A stretch of 64,000 nt of DNA from NCBI GenBank assembly GCA_016195565.1, contig JACPZK010000006.1, positions 30,900 to 94,899 of the forward strand. Direction: 5' to 3'. Below the pieces are notes generated by a model. It searched no databases. It was not told the origin of the DNA and saw nothing but the letters and a program-made list of their open reading frames with translations. The translations under genes were made by a program, and so were the position numbers. This document shows positions 63,802-64,000 of this stretch, in pieces; the first letter of the stretch is position 1; every line of letters starts with the position of its first letter. Origin of the DNA: Nitrospirota bacterium (lineage in GTDB: Bacteria > Nitrospirota > Thermodesulfovibrionia > Thermodesulfovibrionales > UBA1546).

Positions 63802-64000
63802 ATGAAATTCATAACAGAACATAAAATAAACGGCAAAAAACTGAGTCTTGTGCAGGGCGATATAACTGGAAGGGATGTGGATGCCATAGTTAATGCAGCG
63901 AACTCCCACCTCCGGCATGGAGGCGGTGTTGCCGGCGCGATTGTCAGAAAAGGCGGGCAGATTATTCAGGATGAAAGTGACAGCATTGGTTTTACGCCTG
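63802..64000 (+). CDS. macro-domain protein (O-acetyl-ADP-ribose deacetylase-like), N-terminal part, continues past the window end
   Basis: My translation from ATG 63802: [52 protein letters not shown], the macro-domain signature. Confidence 0.8.
   Translation, partial: MKFITEHKINGKKLSLVQGDITGRDVDAIVNAANSHLRHGGGVAGAIVRKGGQIIQDESDSIGFTP

Overview
64-kb window from a diderm (Gram-negative-type) bacterium, about 40-45% G+C by eye. All family calls come from reading motifs in the translations; no database search or alignment was run. The window has three blocks. (1) 1-6.9 kb is a minus-strand housekeeping run: alaS (partial), bamE-like, recX, pilT, recA, thpR, pncC, pgpA, a small ORF and an osmC-family gene. 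It ends at an initiator tRNA-fMet on the plus strand (6885-6961). (2) 6.96-40.37 kb is a ~33.4-kb segment bracketed by a perfect 48-bp direct repeat of the anticodon-loop-to-3' part of that tRNA (6917-6964 and 40322-40369). This is the classic scar of a tRNA-integrated genomic island, but no integrase is visible. The island carries a PagL-like lipid A deacylase gene on the plus strand and a ~31.6-kb run of 30 tightly packed minus-strand genes. That run combines an aryl-polyene-type type II FAS/PKS, acyl-transfer and outer-membrane export set with six radical SAM enzymes. The FAS/PKS set holds 3 ACPs, 3 ketosynthases, 2 Cys-less KS-like proteins, KR, 2 dehydratase domains, a thioesterase, 2 adenylating enzymes, 3 acyltransferases, GT2, LolA-like, MMPL and a lipoprotein. 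The radical SAM enzymes are four B12-binding, one HemN-like, and one SPASM type fused to a hotdog dehydratase. This is the best candidate for an undescribed system: a mobile locus for an unusual modified envelope lipid. (3) 40.4-64 kb holds peptidoglycan recycling genes (NamZ-like plus a fused MurU-AmgK), tilS, a ParE-type TA pair, gltX-glnS, and a histidine kinase with pilD. It also holds a small accessory islet (TIR-domain protein flanked by direct repeats, a decayed ParE module, VapBC). After that come recG-nusA-rimP, a tiny Ala/Pro-repeat lipoprotein, a HAD phosphatase and a TrmN6-like methyltransferase carrying an in-frame 72-bp palindromic repeat insertion. The block ends with TVP38, a stomatin/NfeD pair and a partial macro-domain gene. 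Two related families of miniature palindromic repeats occur four times. No CRISPR array, rRNA gene, transposase or integrase gene was seen.
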